Below, piece by piece: positions 12,859 through 26,255 of a stretch of DNA of 64,000 bases; position 1 is the stretch's first letter, and each line of letters opens with the position of its first letter. A program made the position numbers and the translations under genes. The stretch spans positions 149,236,001 through 149,300,000 of the forward strand of contig NC_058368.1 of NCBI RefSeq assembly GCF_018350175.1. Direction: 5' to 3'. Source of the DNA: Felis catus. Its lineage: Eukaryota. Under the pieces are notes generated by a model. The model worked only from the letters and a program-made list of their open reading frames with translations, had not been told where the DNA came from and made no database searches.

Positions 12859-15216
12859 CAACTCTCTTGTTCCTTTTATTATACTGCTTCTTATTTCCTT
12901 AGAGTCACTCTAGCATTGCTGTCAGGGAATGAAAGTCAATTGAAATTCATATTATTGATGTTACATTAACAGACTCCACAGATAGCAATGTGAACCATGA
13001 ATAAAATCACATAAAATACAAATGTTCTCAATGTTGAGAGGGGAAGAAGGAAAATAATACATAACAGCTTTAGAATTGTGTGAAAAGGAAATAAAACACC
13101 ATTCCAATAAATTAACAAACAGGAGCCATGAGACTTAATAAATGCAAAGCACTATGCTCTTTACATGAAGTTAATAAAACCAGATGGGACATATTTTATT
13201 AAGAAGCTGTTAAAATTTTTTTAAAGAAAGGAATCCTAAGATAACTGTGGATTGAAAGTTTGTTCTGAAACAACAGCAACAACAACAACAACAACAATAA
13301 AGATTGAGATGTGTGTTAGGGGAAGGTCAAGTAGAATAACTTAATTCAGCATATCATAGGAATCTATTATGCAGTTGGTGCCCAGGATATCAGGAGGAAT
13401 GCGAAAATCTCTCCAGGCCCATCATGTATGGGTAAATGGTGTTACTGCCTTAAAGTAGTTCACAATCTAGTAGAGAAAACAAACAAACAAACAAAATACT
13501 ATATAAAGAATAATTGGTCTTTCCGTTCATAATTACCATAGTGCCTGTCTTCTGCACTTTGAATATAGGAGCTATGTTTACAGATTGTCCACTGTATTTC
13601 TAACTCTTGAAAAGTAATATTACATGGTAGGCACTCAGCAAGTATGTATTAAATTGATTACATGGTAGGCACTCAGCAAGTATGTTGGTGCTATAGAAAG
13701 AGAACCAACCTGGATACTTATTCTGCCTCATGCATAAAACCAGAGTTTAGCCGAGTAACCTACTACCTCCTTTGAGTTACTACCATATATATATACATAT
13801 ATATTTTCCCTTTTATGAAGACTGTCATTCCAAACTTAGAATTTCCCAAAACTCAGCTTTCATATTTCTCTTCATGTCCAGAGAATTTCCTTTATCTGTG
13901 AGTTGGGAACTGTTGTACGATTTCTTCAGTAACCCAGAGATCCATGGATTAGATCAACAATGCAAAGGGCAAACTTCAGAGCATATCAGAAGCCCAGTTG
14001 GAAATGAGTGGATCTAAGAGCCAGAATGCTGGGTCACCTGTGGTCAATCTGGTATCACTACTTGCCCCCTTCTAAGATCTTTTTTTTCTGTGTCTCAGAG
14101 AGAAGTCAGGGTGTACATTTCACAAAATCCACGTCACTATTTGGTTCTAGGTTAGAATTTTCCAAAGGGAGGCTCTGGCACAAGATTTTGAGAGCAGAAG
14201 AGGAGAATCCAGATTCCTTTAGTTAAGTGCAGTCAGCTGCATGCACAGATCTGAGTTTCACAGAAGCTTACTGGCAAGTTTTTGCAAACCATCCATTTCA
14301 CTAATGCAGATTGAGAGAGTTGGTGGGAGTTTCCCAGAAATTCTAGACTATTAAGGCAGCTTCCAAGCAAAGTAAGGACTACTCTGATATTTTAGACTTA
14401 AATATTTAATGAAAATTTTACTGACGTTTGTTCCTTCAGCTACTCTGTTGTATGAGCTTCTATTTCTTACAGTAAACGTTTATATCCAAATCACACAGTG
14501 AATAAATAACTAAGTGAATAATTTCAGACAATACTACTGTCAATAACCACCTCCAGTTCTTAGGTTCTTAGATAAAAGGCAAGAGTGGAAGACCTCACAT
14601 AATTATCTTTGTGTCTACAACATTAGCCAAAGGCAAAGTTAGTTGTGTGGGTAGTAAAGAACCTCAACTCTGGTTTAAGGCTTTCTTAGACTTTTCCAAG
14701 GATGGAAACTGGTATCAGTGGTAGGACTGAACCAAACAACTTCTTGAGCTGGTAGGCAAATAATTCCACACTGCAGTGCTCCTCACCCCACTGGGAGATA
14801 AAAGCCGTCTGTAAACCTGTTTCTTGTTCAGTGTTTTCATTCTTTCAAATGCATGTAGTTGTGATAAAATTAAAATAGACTATCCATCCCAGCTATTGGA
14901 CTGCCCTGCAGGGGCAAGGATTCTCATCTCCACACCTGTACATGGCATAGCTCTATTATTTATTTTCTGTACTCAAAGCCCCCTGGCTTGACAGATGGTT
15001 CTTATTGAAAATTTCATTTGTGTCCCTATTGACTGCTTATTATTTTTAGCCTTTTCTCTTCTCTGTCATTATCTTCTGAGGTTAATAGAGGTAAACTTAG
15101 GCTACAAATATATATATTTTCACTAATACAAAAAGTGCCTTACTTTATAATTTTCACAAACCCTATTTTAAACAATATTTCACAGTAATGCTGTATTAGA
15201 AATGTGGTCACTTTTA

Positions 15217-15566
15217 TTTATTTTTTAAAGATTTTATTTTTATTTTTTTAAAGATTTTTTTTAACGTTATTTATTTTTGAGACAGAGAGAGACAGAGCAT
15301 GAGTGGGGGAGGGCCAGAGAGAGAGGGAGACACAGAATCCAAAGCAGGCTCCAGGCTCTGAGCCATCAGCACAGAGCCCGATGCGGGGCTCAAACTCACG
15401 GAGCGCAAGATCGTGACCTGAGCTGAAGTCGGACGCTTAACCGACTGAGCCACCCAGACGCCCCTAAGATTTTATTTTTAAGTAATCTCTATGCCCAACT
15501 TGAATTTACAACCTTGAGATTAACAGTCACATGCTCCACCAACTGAGCTAGCCAACCAAGTGCCCC
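15217..15566 (-). mobile_element. Young CAN-SINE (15241-15464) nested in the tail of a short tRNA-derived SINE
   Basis: Inner TSD aagattttatttt (15228-15240 / 15466-15478) and outer TSD aaatgtggtcactttta (15200-15216 / 15568-15584). Confidence 0.9.
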
Positions 15567-16311
15567 AAAATGTGGTCACTTTTAAATGTTGTGTGTAGAA
15601 ATATAAGTTGAGAGTTTTTGCCCTAGTCCTAACTAGGGCAAAACTGTGCTATGCTGGACCTTTTAAATGGCCTCTCCACCTTCAACATATCTCTTCCTAC
15701 ATTCCCAATTTCTTCCAGACTACCTATTCTACATTCTCTGAGATTAGCTGGGACCATGTAGATCCGTTCTAAGACAATGTGGGCAGAAGAAAAGTGCTCT
15801 TTTAGTCCTGTCCCAAAAATGATACTGAGGACACTGAGGTCCTAGGAGTTGATGGAAGGAGCCTAGATCTCTGAATGACGATATGAAGTAAAGTCTCCCA
15901 CTGACCCACACTGGAGTATGATAAAAGCAGGAAGAAAGTGTTTATTTGTGAAGCCACTGAAATTATGGAGGTAATTGGTTAAGAGTAGATAGCCTAATAT
16001 GATTCAATAGGTTAGTCTAGTCTGTTTAATCTCCAACATGTCCCCAGTTTCTATAGAATAGAAACTGGATATTTTAGAATGATTCTCTAAGACATCCTTC
16101 CAACAAACTGTTCCCTTTCACAGACCTCATGCTTAAGATTAGATTCAGAATTAACTGAGTTAAACAATTTACATGATCAGAATAACCTGAGACTGTATCC
16201 ATCATTTTTTCTCCAGTTAGAATTTCTTTTCTCAAACATCTGCCATGTGAAATCCCCCTTATATATCCATTAAGCTGATGAAAGTGTCAGGAGTACTGTA
16301 TTTTTTGTGAA

Positions 16312-16312
16312 T

Positions 16313-16359
<47 letters not shown>
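16312..16359. repeat. (TG)n microsatellite
   Basis: Direct inspection. Confidence 0.95.
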
Positions 16360-16361
<2 letters not shown>

Positions 16362-18289
16362 CACACACAAGTATGTGCATTTTAAAGGTTGTCATGACCA
16401 TAAAATTAGGTCTGCCTGGTAAAGGTAAAGGTATTATGTCACATAAAAATAGAAGCTCTCATCTGTGAACTATGGTGTGCAGCATTCTGATTTTTAAGTG
16501 ATCTGTAGATGAGTTTCTTTTAAAGAAATGATTTTCAGGTTTCAGTTGAAAAGCCAAACCTCACGTTATATTCCAGGCTCAGTACCACAGTATACTACAC
16601 AAAATATTGGGCAAAACATTGAATGTCAATCTTATTTTTTTGAAAATGTCTGATTTTTCTTACCAACGCAGGTAACGTATTTTGGGAATGACATTTGTTT
16701 TGCAGTCTTGTCTTACCTCAAAAGAAGTAAGAACCATAGACAAAATAAAAGACAACCACTCTGAAACATTATTCTTTATTGTTTTTGTTTAGGCTCCTAT
16801 GGCAAATCTATATGAATGCTCTTACACTGCTTGAGACAAGGTTAAACACGTAATCATTGCAAGATATTCTAAAATGTATGCATTTACCGATCAGTCAGCA
16901 TTCTGAAGTGTGAAAGGCATCTCCTTTATAAGAGTTGGCTTCATACATGGGAAAGCATGGAGCCTGAAGGCTTAAATGACATTTGTAAGAAACAATCTGT
17001 CCGCACAGAGCACCATCTGTTTACAGTTATTGCCTATCAAAAGAATGTAAGAATCTTTGTCCTGTGAACAATCATTCTAGAAACCATTGTATCATTCTCA
17101 CCTAGTAGCCGAGTAGCAGAAAAATATTTTGTTGGCAGGTAGGCTAATTTCCATTTAGGAAAAACTATGGAATACTGATTGTCCCTCCTTCAGAATCAAT
17201 GTAATTTCTTGTCAATGCTTAAATTGTATATGGTAACCAAGAAGCCAGGTTTATTTCCTTTTTTCTTGAGCAACTAGAAATATTCGAGATGACTAAAAAT
17301 GGCTGGAGGGTAGGGTTGTGTCTTTATACCCCAGACAGTGTCTTTCAGAGTTTTTTTATACAAAATAAGAAGGTAAACACTTGTTGAATTTAATTGAAGA
17401 AACTGATGTGGCATCTAAACACAAAAATTTAGTTTAAAAAAAAACCATAAATATATTTAGACTAAATGAACTACTTGCTTCCTATCTTGTTTTGGCATAA
17501 ACACAGCACAATAAAAGTTAGCAAAGATGAAAATCTAGTACCTATTATTTTGGATAAGGACAAAAGCAATATAAACCCTGCTGTTTGTGAACATAAAAGA
17601 AAATTGCTTATCTGATTCAGAAAGGAGTTGGACCAATTCTAAAAACATCATTCCTATTATACTTTTTTTTTCTTTTCACCAGTCCTGATGTTTTTCTAAT
17701 TCATTAAGCTGAGATCATCTATGTGCAGGCTTGACAATATGGTTAAGTAGGAACAAGGCTCAATAAATCTAATGAATTTTTACTTACAATTTGAATGTCA
17801 ATGATGCACAGTTTTTCAGAGACAATGACTATAATTAAGTCCATTCCCCATTTTTTTATCTGAAGTGATAGCATGGCAAAACTATAATTATGCAAAATGA
17901 CACATTTCCCAAATTATGCATTATGAAGACATTAAAGATACTTAAAAAGTAATCACATGTATCTAAAAAAAGGCACAAGACTGTTATTTAAACCTTCAAA
18001 TAAAATTATTGACTATCAAACTTACACTTAAAAAATCTTAAATAGATGTTCATGGGTTATTTGCTCTATGGTTTTGGTTTGCGTACATTCCTAAATTACT
18101 CCTTTCCTGTATCTACAAGATAGTAAGCACTCAGATAACTTTTAAATAGGTACTTCACCAATAAGAAAAGAAAATCAAGAAAAGACAGAGTCAGAGACAT
18201 TAACCTAATAAACTAAGGAGAACATAGAAATTGAGTAAAATGTTGATAAATGTAATTTATATTTAATAATTAATGTTATGTGTTAAAAA

Positions 18290-19520
18290 TAAAAATTTGT
18301 GGCACCCAGCTAAAGCAAGGCTAAGAGAGAATTTTATATCACTGTACATTTGCATTAGAAATAGTAAGTTTTCAAATCAATAATCTACACTCTCACCTTA
18401 CCTTTTATGAAGTTAGTATTATCCTGACACCAAACCCAGACAAAAACAACACACATGCACACACACATGCACGTACCCATGTAAAAACAGAATTTAACAG
18501 TATATAAAAAGAATTATGCACCATAATCAAATGGACAAGGTACAAGGCTGGCTCAATATTTGGAAATCAAATAATGTAATTCACTGCATTAACAAACTGA
18601 AGAAGAAACTCACATGATCACATCAACTGATGCAGAAAACACAGTTGACAAATTGAAATATCCATTCGTGACTTAAAAAAAAAAAAAAGAAGAAGTCTCA
18701 GAAACCCGGGATGGGAGGAGAACTTCAAGTAAAAAGAACATGTACAAATTAATTCGCTGCTAGAATCATACATAATAATGAAGACAATACTTACTCCCTA
18801 AGATCAGAAAAAAGGCATGATAGCTACTCTCACCATTGCCACTAAACATAGTATGAGAAATTCAAGCCAGTGACAAAGTAAGAAAAAATACAAGGCAAAT
18901 AGATGGGAGAGGAAGAAATGAAACTGCCTCTATTGGCAGAAAACATGGTGGTGTATGTACAAGATTATGTTGAGTGACAAAAATTAATCTCAAAAAGTCT
19001 CATATTGTAGGTTGTTATTTTTATAACTTTCTCAACATATGAAAATTATACGGATGATTAATAGATTAGGAGTTGTCACGGTTATGGGATGATGGAGAAG
19101 AAGAGGGAGGTGTGACTATAAAGAGATGGCATGATGGAGATGTTTGTGTGAACAGACTAGTTCTGCTCCTTGTTTGTGACAGTGGTTACACAAATCTACA
19201 TGGCTCATAAATGGTATCAAACCACACATAACATTGTACCATTGTCACTTCCCAGGTTTTGATATTGTATTACAGTTATGTCAGGAAATTAAAAGTAAAG
19301 CATACATGAGACCTCTCTGTATTATTTTTGTAACTTCCTGTGAAACTACAATTATTTCAAAATAAATTTTTAAAAAAATGAAAGAAAATCACAGACTAGG
19401 AGAATACATTTGCTATTACTTTGAGTGACAAAGAATTGTTACATGAAATCTATGAAGAATCTGAAAATCAGTAATAAAAAGTAAATAAGCAAGTATAAGA
19501 ATGTGCAAAGGCCGGAAGGA
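18290..19520 (+). mobile_element. Ancient L1 (L1M-type) fragments including a 3' end
   Basis: Decayed ORF2-like segments (atcctgacaccaaacccagacaaa; caaggctggctcaatatttggaaatcaa; ctactctcacca) and a 3'-UTR end at ...attatttcaaaataaa (about 19365). Confidence 0.7.
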
Positions 19521-20431
19521 AATTCTTAGAGAAAGAAAAGGCACTAGCAGACATCATTAATTCACCCTGTTCATTTTGCTATACTCTGTCTCCTTTATAT
19601 TTGGAATATTCCATTAATAAAGACATGAATTTCCCCCTAGTTATAAATGGAAAACTGGACACGTAGATTTGTCCATACAGTTATCTTTTTGAGTTTCTCA
19701 TTTCTTATATTTTGCAGAAGATTCAGGCTTAAGAATAAAAGCTACTTCCATCAGAAATTCTTTGAAGTAGTGAATGTTAATGTACAACACCATTCCTAAA
19801 CTCTTTGTTTAGAAGTCAAGATCTCCCAATTTCTAACTAGTTAAAAATACTGCAAAATGAATAAGACCACTTTATTTAATTGTTGCATAAATTGTTTGTG
19901 TAGACAACGGAGTATGACTTAAGAGAAACAGGGACATGGGAATGCTTGTGGGGGGTAGGGAGAAGTGTAGTTTACAAAGCTAAACAAAACTGTAATCTAG
20001 CCGGGACATACAGAGTTTAGAAACTCAGACTGAGAGGGATTTTTTTTTTTATTGATTTCAGGCAGTCATTTTTGAATAACAATGCCATGATTTCTGCCTC
20101 AGTTCAACTAAATTACCATGTTCATCTAGTTCTATCCTGAAGGAAGTAAACCTTCCACTAAAGTGTCAAAGTTAGTTTCTACTATAACCAAATATCTCTG
20201 AGCTCAAGATTAATGAGAAAATAATCTCAGATAAAACCAAAAGGAAAAAAAAATACCGTACAATAAACTAAATGTTTGATTTTTAGTCTATTTTTGTAAC
20301 ACATCTGAAATAAATACATATTTGCTGTAGGAGTATACATTTCTAGGAAGAGAACATACTCAGAAAATAAAGATTTGAGGTGTTCAGGGAGAAAATTATC
20401 CTCAGGAACCTATGTCAGCAAAATCATTCTT

Positions 20432-20628
20432 TCTAAAAAATTTTTTAATGTTTATTTTTGAGAGAGTGCAAATGGAGAAGGGCAGAGAGAAGGGGACAGA
20501 AGACCTGAAACGGACTCTATGCTGACAGTAGCAAGTCCAAAGTGGGGCTTGAACTCACGAACTGAACCCTGATACCATGACCTGAGCTGAAGTCGGATGG
20601 TCAACCAACTGAGCCACCCAGGTGCCCC
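20432..20628 (-). mobile_element. CAN-SINE
   Basis: Reverse-complement head ending ggtgcccc, with TSD agcaaaat(c/g)attctt. Confidence 0.92.
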
Positions 20629-21631
20629 AGCAAAATGATTCTTGAACTTCCCAGTCCCGAAGCAATTTCCTGAGTAGGAACAAGGGTGGAGGTGGGGTTG
20701 GAGACCAATTCAACATGGTACTAGAGTCACGGAGTTTGCAGTAACAACAAATTTTTCAGTGTGGTAGTTCAGGTTTAAGTATTATTCACTAAAGAGATAA
20801 TCTGAAAAAAGTAAGTCATTAGAAGAAAAAATGTAATAAATCATTTGGAAAACAATAGCATTTGTCTTTTATGTTTTTATAAAATTTAAATTTGGGTTAT
20901 ACAAGTGTTTTATCAATAATAGGAAAGCTGGACATTTTGAAATAGGAATAGGAATAGACGTTTTGAAATTTACACATGTTGAATAAACTAACTTTAGCTG
21001 AATACGGATTTATTGATGGTAGGAAATAAATGAATTTCTAGCACATTTTTAAAAATTAGATTTCCCAATATATTTTTAGATTTCCAGGGAAATTCTTCAT
21101 TCCAGACTATATCTATCATAAATAAAATATTGTCCAGATATAGTATAGTATTTTGAATTTCACCACAATGAACTCCAAAGTAAAGATCTTTCATCATTGA
21201 TTACCTTGTAATTTATTTATCATTTACTCAAAAAACTAAGTTGGAAAATCTGGTTGTTGAGAATGCTTTGAAAATATAAACTGATTTCAAAGGACCAATA
21301 GCGACCCCTTTCTTTTTTGTACTTAAATATCAAAGACTTAAATTCAATAGCTTACTTTTCTTTTGTTCACAAAAGTTATTAAAGTATGTTAGTGAAAGAT
21401 GACACTCAAGCAGAAGAATAATTTCAGGGTAATTAAGTAGTTTCTTACATTTAAGGTTATTAAGATACTTCTTGTTTATTTGCTTTTTTTACACACTTCT
21501 TTTGTCCGCATCAAAACAGAATATTGCAAAGGAAGATATATGGCTTAATAATCCATGCGAATTAGCATTACTAGACTAGTCAGAAGATACCAATGCATAT
21601 AACAGCTTTTATGACAAATGAATACTTTTCA

Positions 21632-21842
21632 TTTTTTTTAAGTTTTTAAATTTATTTTGAGAGAGAGAGAGAGGGTGCAATCAGGGAAGGAGCAGAGATA
21701 GAGGAAGAGAGAGAGAATCCCAAGCAGGCTCTATGCCACCAGCACAAAGCACAACTTGGGGTGATCTCATGAACTCTGGTATCATGACCTGAACCAAAAT
21801 CAAGAGTCGGAAGCTTAACTGACTGAGCCACCCAGGAACCCC
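21632..21842 (-). mobile_element. CAN-SINE
   Basis: Reverse head ...ctgagccacccaggaacccc, (GA)n and TSD aatacttt. Confidence 0.9.
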
Positions 21843-22009
21843 AATACTTTCCAATGTTTTAATTCTTTTAATACAAGTGTATTAATGCTAGCATGCTTTT
21901 TATATGCATATATTACTTTTTCCATATGTAAGTGTGATACACATTTGTTATTCAGTTTTTCACTTTAGATTTATATATTAACTGAGATATTTTTGTTTTA
22001 AATCTGTTT

Positions 22010-22222
22010 GGGGCACCCAGGGGACTTAGTTGGTTAAGCCTCCAACTTCGGCTCAGGTCATGATTTCACAGTTCATGAGTTCAAGCCCCCTGTGCGACTC
22101 TGTGCTGACAGCTCCGAGCCTGGAGCCTGCTTCTAGTTTTGTGTCTCCATTTCTCTGCCCTCTCCTGCTCATGATCTCTCTTACTTTTTCTCTCTCTCTC
22201 AAAAATAAATAAATATTAAAAA
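22010..22222 (+). mobile_element. CAN-SINE
   Basis: Head ggggcacccagggga..., (CT)n and aaaaataaataaa tail. Confidence 0.9.
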
Positions 22223-22759
22223 ATTGTTTTTGAATCTGCTTGATTTGGATACAATGAAACACTATTATTTACTGCAACCTCAACTATTATAACTAAAGTA
22301 TTAAAGGCAGCTAAATAAAAAGAATGAGTGTGATATTGCCAAGCAACAGCAAAGCACTCAATGAATTTCATAGCTGTAGCAAAACTTTTCTCTTAAAAGA
22401 GGAAAAAGATATTTATATGAAACTTCATCATCATAATCAAATATAGCACTACTATACTGTATATTGACTTTATACATCATACAAGACTTCACTAGGACTG
22501 AAATGTATTATTAAAAGTAGAGTGACAGGTGTGACAAAATCTACTGCTTGTGTGCCTTCAGCTACATTAAGTCTCATCACAAACTGAAAGAAAAATGTAT
22601 CACATGGGATAAAGAATAAAAAGAACAACTCCAAGGGTTATTATCTTGTCACTTCCTATATACCTAGACTTACTCTATAGCCCTTCTTTTAAGTGAATGA
22701 AGAGCTAGAATACATTACAGGCTATAGCATGCTTCTTTCTAAGACCTCTCTTTCAATTT

Positions 22760-23160
22760 ACTCTTCTGACCTTAAGTGATCACCTCTAAGCCCATGGCCT
22801 CAAATCAACTCTAAATTGATGATGCTCCAAATTAGTTTTACCTCAGAATTCTTCTCTGAGGTCCATATCCACTATGGGCAATGTTTACTCAATTTCTCTA
22901 TTTGGGTGTCTCAAGAGTGCCTCAATTTCAATATATCCAAAACTGAACCAAAATTTGTCAGTTTCCATTTTTGCCTTCTAAGTATTGTTCTCTTATTCAT
23001 TTATCTTTATCTCCAATGAGAGTATCCCAGTCCAATCTACTATTATATGTCATCAAATTCTGCTATCACTAACAGCCTTCCCACTGGTCTCCCACAATTC
23101 ATTTTTGCCCTATCCAAGTCATTCTTCACTCAATAGCCAGTAACATTATTTTTAAGACCA
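22760..23160 (+). mobile_element. L2 LINE remnant
   Basis: gatgatgctccaaat...tttgggtgtctcaa...ctcaatttcaatatatccaaaactgaac...agccttcccactggtctccc motifs. Confidence 0.55.
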
Positions 23161-23230
23161 AAAAAAAAAAAAAAAACAAACAAAAGATCTTGGGACAAAG
23201 GGAAAGATAAAATGTATCTTGTACTATTTT

Positions 23231-23428
23231 CTTTTTGAAAAAAAAAAGTTTATTTTGAGAGAGAGTGTGCTTATGCGAGTGGGGGGAGGGGCAGAGAGAG
23301 AGGAAGGAGACAATCCCAAGTAAGATCCATGCTGTCAGCACAGAGCCCAATATGGGGCTCCATCTCACGTACTGCAAGATCATGACCTAAGCTGAAACCA
23401 GGAGCTGGCTGCTTAACCAGCTGAGACA
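23231..23428 (-). mobile_element. CAN-SINE (head degraded)
   Basis: gcagagagagagg...atcccaag...gctgtcagcacagagccc...gatcatgacct motifs. Confidence 0.85.
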
Positions 23429-23901
23429 TTGATCTTGAACTACTTTCAAATAAAATGATAAATGACCAGAGAAAAATGAACAGAGGAATAAACAAAGTGT
23501 AGGACACTGGTGATGCTGACAAGAAAGATCAGATTCAGTGGAGTGGTAGAGATGAAGCCAGACTGGAGTGAGATGCAACACATGTGACAGGAGGAAGTAG
23601 AGAAACTGTGTGAAGACAAAGATTTGAAGGAATTTATGGACTGAAGCAGAGAAAGAGGGCAGTTGTAACACTGAAATACTGAATCAAAGGAGGAATTCCC
23701 TAGGAAGCAAGGTAATAGAAAACATTTGAATGCTGATTGATCCCTCGTACCCCAAGAGGACAAAACCAGGAAGAACAAGAAAGGCAGGTTTCTGTTTTTT
23801 GAAGAGAAAACATTTTTAGATAAAATCTGTAGCTCACGGAACATTTCTTCATCGAAAAACTTTGGCCCAATGGACAAGATTGTGATCAAAAAGGCAGTTG
23901 A

Positions 23902-24124
23902 GGGGCGCCTGGGTGGCTCAGTCGGTTAAGCGGCCGACTTCAGCTCAGGTCACGATCTCACGGTCCGCGAGTTCGAGCCCCGCATCGGGCTCTGTGCTGA
24001 CAGCTCAGGGCCTGGAGCCTGTTTCAGATTCTGTGTCTCCCTCTCTCTCTGCCCCTCCCCTGTTCATGCTCTGTCTCTCTCTGTCCCAAAAATAAATAAA
24101 CGTTGAAAAAAAATTAAAAAATAA

Positions 24125-24167
<43 letters not shown>

Positions 24168-24196
24168 ACGTTAAAAAAATTTTTTTTTAAATTAAA
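23902..24196 (+). mobile_element. Young CAN-SINE with (AAAT)n-expanded double tail
   Basis: CpG-rich, near-consensus body with perfect TSD AAAAAGGCAGTTGA (23888-23901 / 24197-24210). Confidence 0.95.
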
Positions 24197-24896
24197 AAAA
24201 AGGCAGTTGAGTAACTGGAGTGGTGACCCAACCCCCACCCCTCCCTGCACCCTAAGGCTGATGAATGTGAGGTACCTAGCTACAAGAGGTGGATCTTCAC
24301 CAAGAACTCTAAATGACAGGCATTAGAGAATGGTCATTGTAGAACTCTGCCAGATTGTGGACTCCTGCCACTTCTCATTCATGTATCAGTGGAGTGCTAA
24401 TAATACCGAAGGGTATTGATCTTTACTCACTCTATAAATAACATATTAAAGTGAGAGGCAATTGGTGTTAGCCTAATGGAGTGTCCAGCGACCAAATTTT
24501 CTCAGATTTCTGGGCAAAAGAATTGTATTCCTAACACCCACAAGTTTCTGACATATAATTTTATCGGAATGTGAAAGGAAAAGCAGTGGAGCCCTTGAAT
24601 CAGCACCAAAGGGTGGATAAAGGGATAAAGTGAAATTATTACAATAAAACAATGAAAGGAGTACTGACACTTCTCTCCATAGAGAATTGCAAGTTCCATA
24701 GGATTTTATGTAAAAGCCCAGGCTCTGGAGTTAAACTGGGTTCAAAACTCCTGCAGACTCTGCCACTTACTAGCAGGGTAATTTTAATTTTAAGCAATCA
24801 GTGATCTGGAAATGTCGGTTTTCTTTGAACAATGGAAACTTTTTTTTTCTCAATTTCACAGTGATATTTTTATGAACACCAACTGTTTTGTAATTA

Positions 24897-25327
24897 TTAT
24901 TTTTAATGTTTATTTATTTTTGAGAGAGAGAGAGACCGAGAGACAGAGCATGAGCGAAGGAGAGGCAGAGACGGAAGGAGACACAGAATCCCAAGCAGGC
25001 TCCACACTGTCAGTGAAGAGCCCTATGCAGGGCTCAAATTCACAAACCATGAGACTGTGATCTGAGCAGAAGTCAGCCGCTTGACTGACTGAACCACCCA
25101 GGCTTACTTTTTAAAAACTTTTTGAAAACTTTTTAATGTTTATTTATTACTGAGAGAGAGAAAGAGAGCACGAGCTCTGGGATGGGGCAGAGAGAGAGGG
25201 AAACAGAGAAGCAGACTCCACACTGTCAGCACAAAACCCGACATGGGGCTTGAAATCACAAACCATGAGATCATGACCTGAGCCCAAGTCCAACCCTCAA
25301 CTGAGTGAGCCACCCAGGAGCGAGCCC
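24897..25327 (-). mobile_element. Two tandem CAN-SINEs (24897-25103 and 25130-25327)
   Basis: Two successive reverse-strand bodies, each with a T-rich tail, (GA)n and a head. Confidence 0.9.
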
Positions 25328-25336
25328 CTGTTGCTT

Positions 25337-25387
25337 GTTTTTGTTTTGTTTTGTTTTGTTTTGTTTTGTTTTGTTTTGTTTTGTTTT
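25337..25387. repeat. (GTTTT)n pentanucleotide repeat
   Basis: Direct inspection, about 10 units. Confidence 0.93.
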
Positions 25388-25634
25388 AAGAACAGTTACC
25401 ACTAATATACAAGCTCTGCATCAGTTACCCTTGACTTCTCACATGTCTGAAATGACCAAGGAATAGCCAGTGTTGATACTGTCATAAAAAAGTTTAATGG
25501 CCTAACAGAAAAGTGAAACCATTTTTAGCAGAATAACTTATTCAGGAAAGCCTAGCTGAAAATCTTTTCATTTCTATTTTCTCGCCTACATGCATTTCAA
25601 CTTCTTAAAAGTTATCTTAAAAAAGAAAGAAAAA

Positions 25635-25850
25635 GAGCACCTGGGTGGCTCAGTTGGTTAAGTGTCCAACCTCATCTCAGGTCATGATTTCGCAGTCTAT
25701 GAGTTCGAGCCCCACGTCTGGCTTTGTGCTGACAGCTCAGAGACCAGAGCCTGCTTCAGATTCTGTATCTCCCTCTCTCTCTGCCTCTCCTGCACTCTCT
25801 CTCTCTCTCTAAGAATAAATAAACATTAAAAATAATTTTTAAAAAGAAAA
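25635..25850 (+). mobile_element. CAN-SINE
   Basis: Head gcacctgggtggctcagttggttaag, (CT)n and A-tail. Confidence 0.92.
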
Positions 25851-26140
25851 AAATGATGTGTATCAGTTTCTCTTATTTAATGTGGCTATAGAAAATACTT
25901 GACCAAAAGCATTGATTAAACCCTGTTCTAAATAGATTCAGAAAGAAAAAGCTAAGACTCCCGTTAAACAATTTGATATTTCTGTTTCATCCTTACTATT
26001 TTATTCTGTAAATATAAGGCATGGGTATAGTAAGACAAATTTACTAATGTTACTCTTTTATCTTATAATATTATGGATAAAAGAAATTGGATGAACTGGT
26101 GAAATACCATGTCTCCATTTGTATTAATAATATGAATGCA

Positions 26141-26255
26141 GGGACGCCTGGTTCACTTAGGTTATAGAGCATGCAACTCTTGATCTCAGGGTTGTGAGTT
26201 CAAGCCCCATGTTGGGTGTAGAGATTACTTAAAAATAAAATATTAAAATAATAAT
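26141..26255 (+). mobile_element. Short tRNA-derived carnivore SINE
   Basis: gggacgcctgg...ctcttgatctcagggttgtgagttcaagcccc...gagattacttaaaaa, with TSD aataatatgaatg. Confidence 0.85.

Noticed and set aside
13619..13685. CRISPR-like repeat-spacer
   Set aside because: There are only two copies with a 9-bp spacer, in eukaryotic DNA with no cas genes.
16640..16860. Exon-like splice motifs (CAG|GTAACG at about 16670; TTTGTTTAG at about 16790)
   Set aside because: There is no coherent reading frame or gene context, and I cannot support it without transcript data.
23446..23889. 147-aa minus-strand ORF
   Set aside because: Low-complexity F/S/L-rich translation over L2-like remnant sequence, with no splice or homology support.
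23898..24095. Recurrent 'GAWVAQSVKRPTSAQV' ORFs (also 15271, 31386, 45777, 53622 and others)
   Set aside because: These are translations of CAN-SINE sequence, not a protein family.
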